A program made the translations under genes and the position numbers. The notes below the pieces were generated by a model. That model had not been told where the DNA came from. It was given only the letters and a program-made list of their open reading frames with translations, and did not search any database. DNA of 64,000 nucleotides. It comes from Trypanosoma brucei (Eukaryota). The stretch's first letter is position 1. Each line of letters starts with the position of its first letter. Below are positions 11,101 to 20,600 of the stretch, piece after piece. The stretch lies in the NCBI GenBank assembly GCA_000002445.1, contig CM000208.1:480001-544000 (forward strand), given 5' to 3'.

Positions 11101-12922
11101 CCTGCTCATCAACGAAGAGACGTCGAGTGTAAGTTGGGCATCAGGTTATTTCTGTGATTGTCCACCGGGTTGCAACGATCGCCTCCTTGGAAGTTCGCAG
11201 TTCTCCCTCCAACTTGGGGAATTTCCACCGGGGTTGAAGAAGGTAAACATTTTGCTGGGTCTTCATCAACTGGATCCACGGACGACCGTACTACGTGACA
11301 AAGAGGCTGTCGCATCCTACCGTACGGGAGTCGGCCTAGAGGTCGTGGGCACTGCCGACAACACTGTTTGGCTGACTGATTTCTCCAAAGCAGAGGTGCT
11401 GAGCCGTCTGGAACCGTGCATGAAACGAGACGCGCTTTGCCCTTTGACTGTGAGCCTTGACAGCGTCGGAGGAAACAAGCTTCTAACCCTCGTTGTGTTT
11501 AAGGAGGAGATGCGCGCTCCCCACGTGCCATTTCTGCTTTCTGCTTGGTCAGAAACTTGTAAAGTTAATGTTGTGGCTGTGGAACGAAATGCTGCGGTTA
11601 CTGTTTGCGACGAATGGCCTCGTGAATTTGCGATAGGTGGTCCCTCGTCTCCGTTTTGGAGAGATTGTCCACAATATTTCATTTATCCAAGTGATACTAC
11701 AGACATCAACTTTTCCCTCAAGCAGGAGTTGGCCTCCGGTGAAATACCCAAGCCAATTGGCTTCACTGTTCACGATGCTAGAGCGTGCCGAAGCTACTTG
11801 GAGTACAACCCCGAGACCGTCATTCTCTCAGTGGCGGCGAATGCATCCCATAAAGTCGAAGGCACCGTTCGTCTTCTCGGTATGAAGGCAAGGAGGGGAA
11901 TGCCTTATATCATTGTCCCCTTCTGCACGGAGGCTGCTCCTGGGGGGTCGTTTACCCTAGAAGCCGTTGCCAATCGGTTTGTAAAGTTGTGCCGCATAAA
12001 CCCGCAGCTGGACTGGTGTCGTGTGACGAAACATGCCTCATTCATGCTCTCCGATGGGAGTGTTGGGGGGTCGTTGCGTTTTTCGTCATGGCGCAGTAGT
12101 CCGCAATTCGCCTTTACCTTCCCGGTTGGTGGGAAAGGTAGATTGCTTGTTTCTCTTTCTAATGACGACGCGGTCGATACGCGGACTGAAGTCGGCATGA
12201 CTCTCCTACTGGGTGATAGGCAATGGGATGAGGGCAAGCGGAGGAAGTTAGTCGTCTCACAGGGGGACATCATAGCGTGCTCGGAGGAGAACATTGGCCG
12301 TTCTACATTGGACTGTGAGATTGATGTGGAACCCGAGCAGACGCTCATTTTGGTTGTGTACGCCAGTCTCCCGTACCGCGGAGCAGACGTCACTTTCACG
12401 GCGTACTCCGCTTTGCCTGTTGAAGTGGAGCCGGTGAAGGAATGGGAGTACGTTGTTATGGCTCAGGGAAGTTGGGAACTTGGTTACACGGCTGGGGGTG
12501 GTGCTGAAGAGTTCGGTAGCTGGGTGAACAATCCTTTTGTGGCGCTGAATACTTTCCGCCGTACGCAAATTGTAGCTCTCCTTCTTCAGTATCCTCGTGG
12601 TCCAGAGAAACCAGTGGTAAAGCGCGCTGGTAATAAAAAGGCATTTTTACCCCCCGTCATTGTAAACCCAAACAACCGCATGGAGATTGCTATCGACCTA
12701 AACTGTCAGGACGAGAACATGACGAGGATCGCTACCACTCCCTATACACGGAACAGCGAAGTGGCCCTGGTGGCTAATGTCCCTGCGGCAGACTCACTTC
12801 CGTTCGTGTTTGTTCCGCACACAAAGTACCCTGAGGGTAATGGAGAGTACAAATTGTTTGTTTACGCTGATTCTCTTGTGGAGCTTTACCCGTTGGAAAA
12901 GAAGCGCGTGCCGTACGTTTGA
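8132..12922 (+). CDS. Calpain-like protein, probably catalytically inactive, with an N-terminal RNI-type leucine-rich-repeat module
   Basis: 1596 aa. The N-terminus (aa 1-150) carries LRRs (LDLSLNYVGRKGIIPVL..KKLNLSNNMLEHEELEHL..VVLANNCFHDASVKVILDLL). A kinetoplastid calpain-type N-terminal region follows (WWKNPQYFMRTSAGSQVRIVMDV). The central calpain protease-like core reads DRDFPRGGSSLFLDPDAKPPPMFP...EWFASVVHAIATKPLW...VDHIYPVLDA...LVKLRHWGQP. The motifs that align to the calpain Cys (DCWFLAA) and Asn (LRNPWG) read REWFASV and LRHWGQ, so the triad looks substituted. Confidence 0.75.
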   Translation: MVMATTLDDLYQYYCRRKGCKANSCFSRYLIEEFERQGQKRVLETVDLSLNYVGRKGIIPVLDLVKNVKTIKKLNLSNNMLEHEELEHLVYCLALHPSVEEVVLANNCFHDASVKVILDLLELNGGITTFDVDGNEISAASVATIGEQLEKNRARRAERESDASHPSLRRWSKAQIEGSIDELNSGGHIHFGTWWKNPQYFMRTSAGSQVRIVMDVEDAKEARQVGFFVFRSSGQYRVVELSEGVIAGESACDHSHCYLTMSVEENETYSVMPYTFYPSRSVGFRLTAEMCSDDALSSRGWITLEPVDPAVDWCLSTLDGEWTEESAGGSHLEHTWCRNHMIRVQYAGSVLTHRMAAPATLIVKLSKGVDPDVNDEKSIGFHVLTPDTEEALLPPIFCKDECVKCFCPHERTTTISASFAVSCTALQLFIAPSTLNPGQVGSYNVTVFSSVPVTLSSSAFPHGWHYRKVGGSWDEYNCGGSRNASMSWKANPSIGLSVDSSQEPSDFTVFLEAASPALPLVVQEAAVGDGACSRSATPAPGESQEEDPDLVEFLRRHKAHLMEACVSVIEAKSPLYRELLTSGYTNGSFARLMVPGLNKPFLLLVSTRHAGQLGTFALHIFSHRPFVTDGVESLLAREREVHLQQYALENEKRRTLLSAAKTQQISFDGSEDVVVVRNEIIRQCMITGEKFVDRDFPRGGSSLFLDPDAKPPPMFPKETHWKRPTELMEKVVFLPDWKCDAPFPYSRREWFASVVHAIATKPLWLQNVAVGYNEGEGMAQFRFFKDGKWKVVTIDDYLLFDSTMDLCMGRPGKDSADIFFPLIEKAYAKAHRCYETLEPKVTPELGFLELVCQGLMDLSGCATINIPLIGSVRMPQEQQDVIWMEMKNAVKPNVLCSLLVRGDSNGASERRGRGILVDHIYPVLDARFLEGYRLVKLRHWGQPEEINLCSKWRSSSDKWTDTIRQTLEFREDDRETFWLSFDEVLYYFTNLLINEETSSVSWASGYFCDCPPGCNDRLLGSSQFSLQLGEFPPGLKKVNILLGLHQLDPRTTVLRDKEAVASYRTGVGLEVVGTADNTVWLTDFSKAEVLSRLEPCMKRDALCPLTVSLDSVGGNKLLTLVVFKEEMRAPHVPFLLSAWSETCKVNVVAVERNAAVTVCDEWPREFAIGGPSSPFWRDCPQYFIYPSDTTDINFSLKQELASGEIPKPIGFTVHDARACRSYLEYNPETVILSVAANASHKVEGTVRLLGMKARRGMPYIIVPFCTEAAPGGSFTLEAVANRFVKLCRINPQLDWCRVTKHASFMLSDGSVGGSLRFSSWRSSPQFAFTFPVGGKGRLLVSLSNDDAVDTRTEVGMTLLLGDRQWDEGKRRKLVVSQGDIIACSEENIGRSTLDCEIDVEPEQTLILVVYASLPYRGADVTFTAYSALPVEVEPVKEWEYVVMAQGSWELGYTAGGGAEEFGSWVNNPFVALNTFRRTQIVALLLQYPRGPEKPVVKRAGNKKAFLPPVIVNPNNRMEIAIDLNCQDENMTRIATTPYTRNSEVALVANVPAADSLPFVFVPHTKYPEGNGEYKLFVYADSLVELYPLEKKRVPYV

Positions 12923-13391
12923 GTTGTCTGTTTGAAAATACTGGTGGCGAGTGTTTGGGGGAAAAGATTGATACTGGCGGTAGGAGGCTAGTGGTCACCG
13001 ATGAGAAGGCGATGAAATGGTGGGGGTCGGTATGTAATTTAGAAGAGGAGTGCAAGCGCTCCCGTTTGTGCCAGCGAAGGAGGAGCGTGAGCAACTGTTG
13101 GTTATGTGTTTAGATGGACGGAGTCTGATCTATACTAGATTGGGCGCCATGCTTTTGTTTACCTTTCAACTTCTGTATCCATTCTTTCTTCCTATCCTTA
13201 ATTCTACGTACCCTCTTAGGGGAGGCGAAGGGAAGTACATTTGGTACACATGTATGATTATTTACTGAGACTCTTTGGCGCTTGAAATAATCTAAGTGTA
13301 TGAAAGGACATAAGAGTGAGAAAATACGTCGTTATTGTATGCTCCATGGTTGTCTACTTCTTCCCTCTCCCTGGTATGCTGTTTCAAACTG

Positions 13392-13409
13392 ATATATATA
13401 TATATATAT
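13392..13409. repeat. (AT)9 microsatellite
   Basis: Direct read, in the spacer upstream of the topoisomerase IA gene. Confidence 0.85.
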
Positions 13410-13475
13410 GCTAGCTAGTCAATTAATTAGTTTACAAGCTGGCATTGTAGGCCACGTATAGAGATAATCGGGAAA

Positions 13476-15896
13476 ATGTTTCGGCAAACAGTTACATCAC
13501 TGGAGAAACTTGTTATTGTGGAGTCCCCCAACAAAGTCATTAAGATTGAGGGGCTTCTGAGCAATCCAAAGGTGATTCCCGACTGGTCGTTCAAGCAGGG
13601 GCACCTCAAGTGCGTAGGAATAGGTGCTGAGAAAGCAGTGGCAATGGCAACGACCGGCCACTTCATGGCTCTGAAGGAAATTACCTGGATAACACATCCC
13701 CTACCCCCATCGAGTGCAGGGGGAAAACCGCAAGAATATGATGGGGAGGCATTCCCCTCTAGCGGTACCCTTGCAGAGTACACTCTCGAGTGGGAACCGT
13801 TACCAGGCCGCCGTATCCAGGAAACACTTGAGCGCTACATCGAGGGGAAGGTAGAGAATGTGTCTGAAATTATTCTTGCAACGGACCCTGATCGTGAAGG
13901 TGAGCTAATCGCTGTCCATGCCCTTCAGACGATAAAGCGACTGTATCCGAAACTGAAGGTTCCCTTTTCACGGGCGTACATGCACAGCATTACGGAGGAT
14001 GGTATTCGTAAAGCTATGAAAGAGCGGAGTTTGAATATATGTGATTACGACCTCGCAAGTGCCGCGGAGACACGTCACGTAATGGATCGTTTTTTTGGCT
14101 TCTTAGGTAGTTCCGTGGTTCGCGCGGCCAATTCGCAGATGCGTTCAATTGGCCGTGTACAAACACCCGCACTGATTCTCATCAATGAGCGTGAGGATAA
14201 GATTAGCGCTTTCTTGGAGAGGAACAAATCAACGTTTGTAGTTGAGGCGACGTGCCAGTTTCCAGTTCCGCACGGCACAACCTTTTCCCAGGTTGTGGAC
14301 ATTCATTCAGACCGCCGAGGGGCACCGTCACAATGGAATACGGCAGCGGAGGCTAATAACTGCTTGGAGCACTGGAAGCTAGACGGTTGCCACAGTTTCA
14401 GCATTCCACACGATCCAATTGTCACCCCGTCAAAGGTTCCGCCCCCGCAGCCGCTTACGATGGCGGCGGCAATCACAAAGTTGAACCGACAGATGAAGTT
14501 AAGCAGTGAGATGGTCAGCGGTTACCTTCAGGATCTGTTTCAGCTGGGTCATATTACGTACCCCAGGACGGACAGTACGCGGATAGATGAGAGTGCATTG
14601 AAGGATATTTACAATGCCGTGAAGAAGAATTTCGGCAAGGAATTTCTGTATCGTCTTGAGGACCGACCAGCCTCAGGTGGGGATGGTAAAAGGGGGAAAA
14701 AACAAACCAAAAAAAAGACTGCAAAAAGGGGGAAAAACTCGGGGACCCCGGTGGGAAATGTCGAGGATGCTCATGAGGCAATCCGACCAACAAACATCAA
14801 CGTTCAGGGGGATTCACTGTCACTTTCCCCAGAAACGAGAGCAGTGTATGAACTTGTCCGTAGACAGACTCTGGCAGCTTTCATGATCCCACAGGTCGTT
14901 GAGAAGATTGTGGCAGACGTTAAATTTGTTAGCGGTAGCGGAGAGAAATTGACTCTCACGTTAGGTGGCAAGCGGGTAGTGGAGCCGGGATGGACGCGCG
15001 CCTTTCATAAGGGAGACTCGGGAAACTTATCTCTTCATGTCGGCGCTGAGGAGGGTGCCGATGCGGGTGATGAGGGCGCTCCCACCATGTGTTCGCTGTC
15101 CCAGGAGGAATTTTATGCTATCTTAAACCTCCGACGCGTGCTGAACTCGCCGAACCAGCAGCACCTGTTTGAGCTACGTTCTCCGACTATACGTGAGAAT
15201 CGCCCGGTTCCCCCAATGCCACACTCGGAAGGGACGCTCATTGAGGAACTGAAGAGGAATGGTGTAGGAAGACCCAGCACGTATCCCTTAATAGTCAAGA
15301 CACTCTTAGCCCGCGGTTACATTCAGGTGAATGCAAAGGGCCGCTGTGAAACGACGCCGGTGGGAAGGATGCTTGTGGAAACGGCCAAATCGACTTTCCC
15401 GTCCATAGTTGATCTTGGTTTCACAGCATCTTTTGAGAAGCAACTTGATACAGTCGCCAAGCCCCACCCCAATAAGCGACCGGCTTTCCTGCGCTCCACA
15501 AAGATTTCTCAGGCAGACTACGTGTTGTCTATGTTCCTTTCAACATTCCTCAACTACGTGTCGGAGGCTGCGTGCACTCAGCGGGCCCGCATTATCGAGC
15601 GCTCGATGCGACTGAAGCGTGATCAGGAGGGAGGCTCTGGAATAGGGGATGCAGAGTTTGAGGAGAGCGTAGTTGCAGCCAGAAGAAAAGTAACGCTGGC
15701 TTCCACGGATTTGGTGACACTTCCCAAAACATACAACAACTTCTCCACGTTGCAGCGAAACTTGAATGAATATCTTCGACACAATTTTCCACCGTCGCAG
15801 GTTAATGGCTCACCTGCTCCGTCGCCGACTGTTGATGCTCCACGTAGTCGTAGAGGTGGCGCCGGCACGTCGAGGGGTGTTGCGGGCGGTGGGTGA
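13476..15896 (+). CDS. DNA topoisomerase, type IA
   Basis: 806 aa. Toprim motifs IVESPNKV and ILATDPDREGELIA. Active-site tyrosine context GHITYPRTDSTRI (the type IA YPRT[DE]S signature). C-terminal Gly/Arg-rich tail (RSRRGGAGTSRGVAGGG). Confidence 0.85.
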   Translation: MFRQTVTSLEKLVIVESPNKVIKIEGLLSNPKVIPDWSFKQGHLKCVGIGAEKAVAMATTGHFMALKEITWITHPLPPSSAGGKPQEYDGEAFPSSGTLAEYTLEWEPLPGRRIQETLERYIEGKVENVSEIILATDPDREGELIAVHALQTIKRLYPKLKVPFSRAYMHSITEDGIRKAMKERSLNICDYDLASAAETRHVMDRFFGFLGSSVVRAANSQMRSIGRVQTPALILINEREDKISAFLERNKSTFVVEATCQFPVPHGTTFSQVVDIHSDRRGAPSQWNTAAEANNCLEHWKLDGCHSFSIPHDPIVTPSKVPPPQPLTMAAAITKLNRQMKLSSEMVSGYLQDLFQLGHITYPRTDSTRIDESALKDIYNAVKKNFGKEFLYRLEDRPASGGDGKRGKKQTKKKTAKRGKNSGTPVGNVEDAHEAIRPTNINVQGDSLSLSPETRAVYELVRRQTLAAFMIPQVVEKIVADVKFVSGSGEKLTLTLGGKRVVEPGWTRAFHKGDSGNLSLHVGAEEGADAGDEGAPTMCSLSQEEFYAILNLRRVLNSPNQQHLFELRSPTIRENRPVPPMPHSEGTLIEELKRNGVGRPSTYPLIVKTLLARGYIQVNAKGRCETTPVGRMLVETAKSTFPSIVDLGFTASFEKQLDTVAKPHPNKRPAFLRSTKISQADYVLSMFLSTFLNYVSEAACTQRARIIERSMRLKRDQEGGSGIGDAEFEESVVAARRKVTLASTDLVTLPKTYNNFSTLQRNLNEYLRHNFPPSQVNGSPAPSPTVDAPRSRRGGAGTSRGVAGGG

Positions 15897-17615
15897 TCAG
15901 TAGAAAGCATCTGACCCAATGCCGCATGATCTCGGAGCGATATATCCATAGAGCAAAAAAGAGATAAAACATTCATCTTTGCTTGTGTTTTCAAAACGAG
16001 CACGTGCTTAAACGGATGGTTTGTTTCCTTCCCTCCCTTTTTTGTTTTCCCATCTCCCCCCTACACCCCCTCCCCCACATTGTACATGCCTCATGTGCGT
16101 GCCGTGTGGACGAGGGGCATTTGCCATCCCTTCACTCTATTTTCCCCCATTACTGTTTGAGTTTCAGGCGGAAGGGGAGGGAGAGGGGGATCGGGGAAAA
16201 GGGGCCGACAACATCAACACCAATCGAAATGATTTCTAAGATGGGGTAAAAATTATATAAATTAACACGAGTGATGGGAAGGAGGAGGTGCGTGCCGTGT
16301 GTAGACGAGGCGCTGCTGCATCCTCCGTTTACCAGCGACATCGGAGACACCGCATATTTTCTTAAGAAACAGGGGGAGACAGCGGCACGGGGTGTGCTGG
16401 CTTTTTGTCGCCAGTATGTTGTCCGGAAGGGGCCATTTGCGTATTCGTGATTATTTTCTTTTGTTCTTCAGTCTTTACATTTTTGTTAGATTTACTGGTA
16501 ACAATGCGTATGTGTTTCTGCGTACTCCCAATGGGGTACAATAGAGGATGTCGGTGCCAGCGGGTACATACACGTGTACATGCATATACATATATATTTA
16601 TTTATATAGGCAGGCTCATATACATGCACGAGGGCGCAAAAAGAGTCTTTATCATAAATTATTTTTGCGGCCGCCACACTTCCTTTTTTCACGTATAGAT
16701 GCACCGGGTTCTTCCCTTCTCATAGCGTGTGAGTGTTCCGAAGCACCGTTTTCGTTTTCTGGCGCCTTTTTTCCCTTTAAATTGCCATCTGAGTGCTACC
16801 TTTGCATCGTTGTTATTCTTACCACCATCAGCATGGCCATGAGACGTGGTATTACACATTTAGATGGAAGAGCGAACGGTGTGCGCCGTTTTTTTTTTTT
16901 GCTCCCTGCCCATATTACCTCTTAATTATTTGGTCGATCTCGTCCTCACTGTTTTTCTTTCTGCAGGTGATAACCGCCAGTTTGTTTCACGAAGAAATAT
17001 CCATCCGTTTACTTCTCTTTGTCTATCTCATAGCTCTGAAGTTGCGTTCTGCAACAACATCCTATATCTGTCTCATTCTCTGGTTGACTCCAGTTCAACC
17101 TTCTGGCCTAGTGGACCTTGGGAAAAGTACGTGAAGAGAGGGTTGTAAAAAGAAGAAAAGGATAAAGAAGAGTTTTATTTTTTTAAAAATTATTATTATC
17201 GGTTCGGGCAGTCGTGGCCGGGAAGGGTGGTATAGTGTACCTATTCACATTCTCGCATATACTTCTATATCGCTTCACGGGACAAACGAGGGGCGGTTGC
17301 GCTTTTGGCACCGTCAGAACCATCGTGATTGCAGCCGCTCGGTGGCAGACTACTTGGCGTGCTTGGAGTGCCTTGTCGTGTCTGAGAGTGCCATACGTCT
17401 GTTCCCTCGAGTGGCATTTTTTTTTTTGATAACGGCTAGTAGAGGCCGTTGCTCATTTACGCAAGTAGGAAAGAGGGGTTAACGTGGAGACGAAGAGGGG
17501 ACGGTGGACGGGAAGGGACGAGTTGTACCTGTGAGGCTGTGCCGTTAGCGTGTTACTTAAACACTTAGCGGGGCTGCTGTCTTGAGATTCACTGTGAGTT
17601 TGTAGTTGTATTGAT

Positions 17616-20600
17616 ATGAAGCAAGAGTTTGTTCGCCATGTTGACGCATACGATCCTCTTAGTGCTGCACAGCCTCCAGTCTTGGAGACGACCGCATCAA
17701 CCCTTGTGTCGGACAAACCTCCTAACGACAGTTTCGATGTGGACGTGAACAATAGGCCGAACGTTGAAAGGTGCTTTTCCCCCAACCTGTTGGGTCAGCC
17801 TTGTCCTGTTGTATCGAACGGAGACTCATCGAGGAGGCAAGCGACATCCGGCTTTGGCGCATGTGGCGTAGAAATCCACCTGGCCGAGCCGAGCGTGTGC
17901 TCCACCAGGGATTCACAAGTGTTCGCGGAGACGCACGGTTCTCGGTTCATGCGCGGTATTGAACTTCTTGATCGCCTTCCGCATGAAGAGTCAAGGGATG
18001 ATTGCCAAGAGGAAATGGCAAGTGTGTCTGGTGCTCCTCGAAATCACACAAAACCGCAGCCTGAGCAGCAGCAACGGTTAAACCATGAAGAGTTAAGAAG
18101 CCCTCTTAGTGTCCACAGTGTTTGCGTGTGGGAAGTCGATGCACCACGGGATAACAGGATCGTGATAACGGAGGAAACTGAACCAGGCTGGGAACAACCC
18201 GATTCACAGCGGGACGCTGCGCTGCAACAGTTGCTGTGTGACGCTTCGAAGGCTCGTGGTATTAAGCTAACGTGGTTGCTGTGTGGCTTGCTGTTACCTT
18301 TCATGCTCGTGCTCATATCGATGGTGGTGGGAACTGAGTTGCTGTTGAATGTCAAAGTGGCTGAGCCAAGGAAGGATGTCATAAAATTGTCGACCAGGTT
18401 GACACTCAGCCGGTTAAAGGATATGTACTATGATATAAGGAGGATGTCACAGGTTTCTGAAGTAGCTAGGGCCTCATCTAAGGTTGCAGAAAAGCGCGCA
18501 GCACTAGATTCAGTGTGTTCTTTTCTCCGAGGTGCACCAGTAGTCCTTGCCACATACAGTGGTGTAAACGCGTCACTTACGTGGACGCACAACTGCTCTG
18601 CAGGGGATCAGACTGATATAGCGCTTCCATCCACTATGCGTCTCAGTGATCCAACATCCCCTACGCCGCGCATATCGAGATATCGATCTGACTTGCTCAT
18701 TGTGACCGAAAAGTACGGCCCCGAAGCCGATGTGTTCGTAGTGATTCTACGAAGAGACATCACAGGCCTGATGTTGTTGGGTCACTCTCTAGTCGACGAC
18801 TTTACGACGGGGATAAGCCCGTTGGTTGCCATTTTGTTGCCTAGCTTTTCCTCTTCAAGGCTCACCGTCAGTTTGTACAACAATGCCCAATGGCTTGAAG
18901 ACGCCAACCCACAGAATAACCCTCATGATGATGAAGTTCTTCTATTATTCGAAGAATGGTGTTCGTCGGGGGACACACACACATGGCACAGCGTGGGGCG
19001 ACTCCTGCCAGGGGGTTTAGCCAACACAACTGTGGGAGAAGATGTGGCACACTTTCCAGCTCCAGTTCCCCGTCTGGCGGGTGGAGGTTTTTTCAGTGTC
19101 ACCCCCCCTCTGGTGATGTGCAGTACATTTTGCGTAGATGGTACCTCCAACACCTGCGGGAAAGATAACCCCAGCAGTGTGTGGCTTGTTACTTACGGCT
19201 CGTCATCATACCGTGGTCTGGATGGTCTATTGACAACTGCGATGGTGGTTGGTTACACCGGTGCAGTTCTGTTTATGGTAATGTTGTGCTTCGCCTACAT
19301 CAGCATAGATGCCCCCGTTAGTTACCTTAAATCCCTTATTTTTTCTGCTGCCGGGGGGACGGAACGACGCAAAGAGTGGGACCACACCGTGCATGGTTGG
19401 CGTAAGATCTGGCTCGGGGATCTTCGTGCACTAGTGAATACATTTCAAATACTTGCTCTATGTTTTCGATTGAACAAGAAGTACGTGCCCCAGCATATCT
19501 TGGAGAAGCAAGTAAAGAACTTGCTAGATGTGAAGGATAAAATATGCTCCGCTGACACGGATGGGGAGGCGGCGGTGGAAGTCGCCGAGGGGAGGCACAA
19601 TGATGACGATGATGCTGTAGATGACAAGGCGAACGTAGGGGCGTTCGTTTGTGCCGCTACTGTTGCGGATGTCAAATCGAGCATCAGCAAACGAATGTGC
19701 CAGGGGTCTCAGTCGGTTACGTCGCTCAACAGAATACAACCTCTGTGTGGGGTGGGGGACTTACAAGCAACGGATATTGCTGTTGAATCAGGACGGGCAG
19801 CCGCGCTTTCGGGCGCTGCGGACGGCAGGGAACCGGTCAACCGTGGCATGATCCTTGTGGAAAATGCAACTATTCTCACTGTGCACCTTCCCGCAGTGGA
19901 GACAGCGTATTTCACCGATTTTGGGCTTGCTGTTGAGCAACACCGCCACATTATGGCACTTCTTCTGCGCAGTGTTCGGCAGTACCGAGGTGAGCTGTTT
20001 CAACGTAGTGGCGAATGTATTTCTGCTGCGTGGAATGCTTTCGATGGTTGCGCTGACCACGCCATACGGGCGGCGGCTTGCGCTCTTAGAATATTGGATC
20101 GACTAGAAGCCTATCGCCGCGCTGGATTCCGTGTGGGCATCGTGCTCCACCAAGGTCCATTTGTGTGTGGCGTTGTGGAGGATCGTGCGGAGGCTTTCAC
20201 AACCGTGTTTGGTTCTGTCCCACGGCAGGCGATCGTGTTCAGCGAGTTGGCCGCGTCGCTAACGGTTTTTGACGTTCTGATCTCTGAACCAGTCAAGGAG
20301 TCGCTTTCTTCCCACTACGAGTGTATCATGGTGGACGTAATAAAATATCATGAGGACGATCCCCCAATTACACTGTATGAGTTAAGCAAGGAGCGACAAC
20401 TACCGATGACAAAAGGAATGCCCCGGGGCCCATCAGCTTTTGCGGAGGAGCATGCACGTGTGTTTTTCAACTTTCGAAACCACGAATTTGGCTTGGCTCT
20501 GGCCGGCATCGAAAAGATGAAAAGAAGCTTTTCCAAGACAGAGTTACGTCTCCTGTGGCGGATTGAGCAACTCTGTAAATACTACATGCACCATGAGAAG

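Noticed and set aside
17201-17260. tRNA-like fragment (gggtggtatagtgtacc resembling a D-arm)
   Set aside because: No T-loop (GTTCGA/GTTCRANYC) box, no acceptor-stem complementarity and no cloverleaf could be assembled from the flanking sequence.
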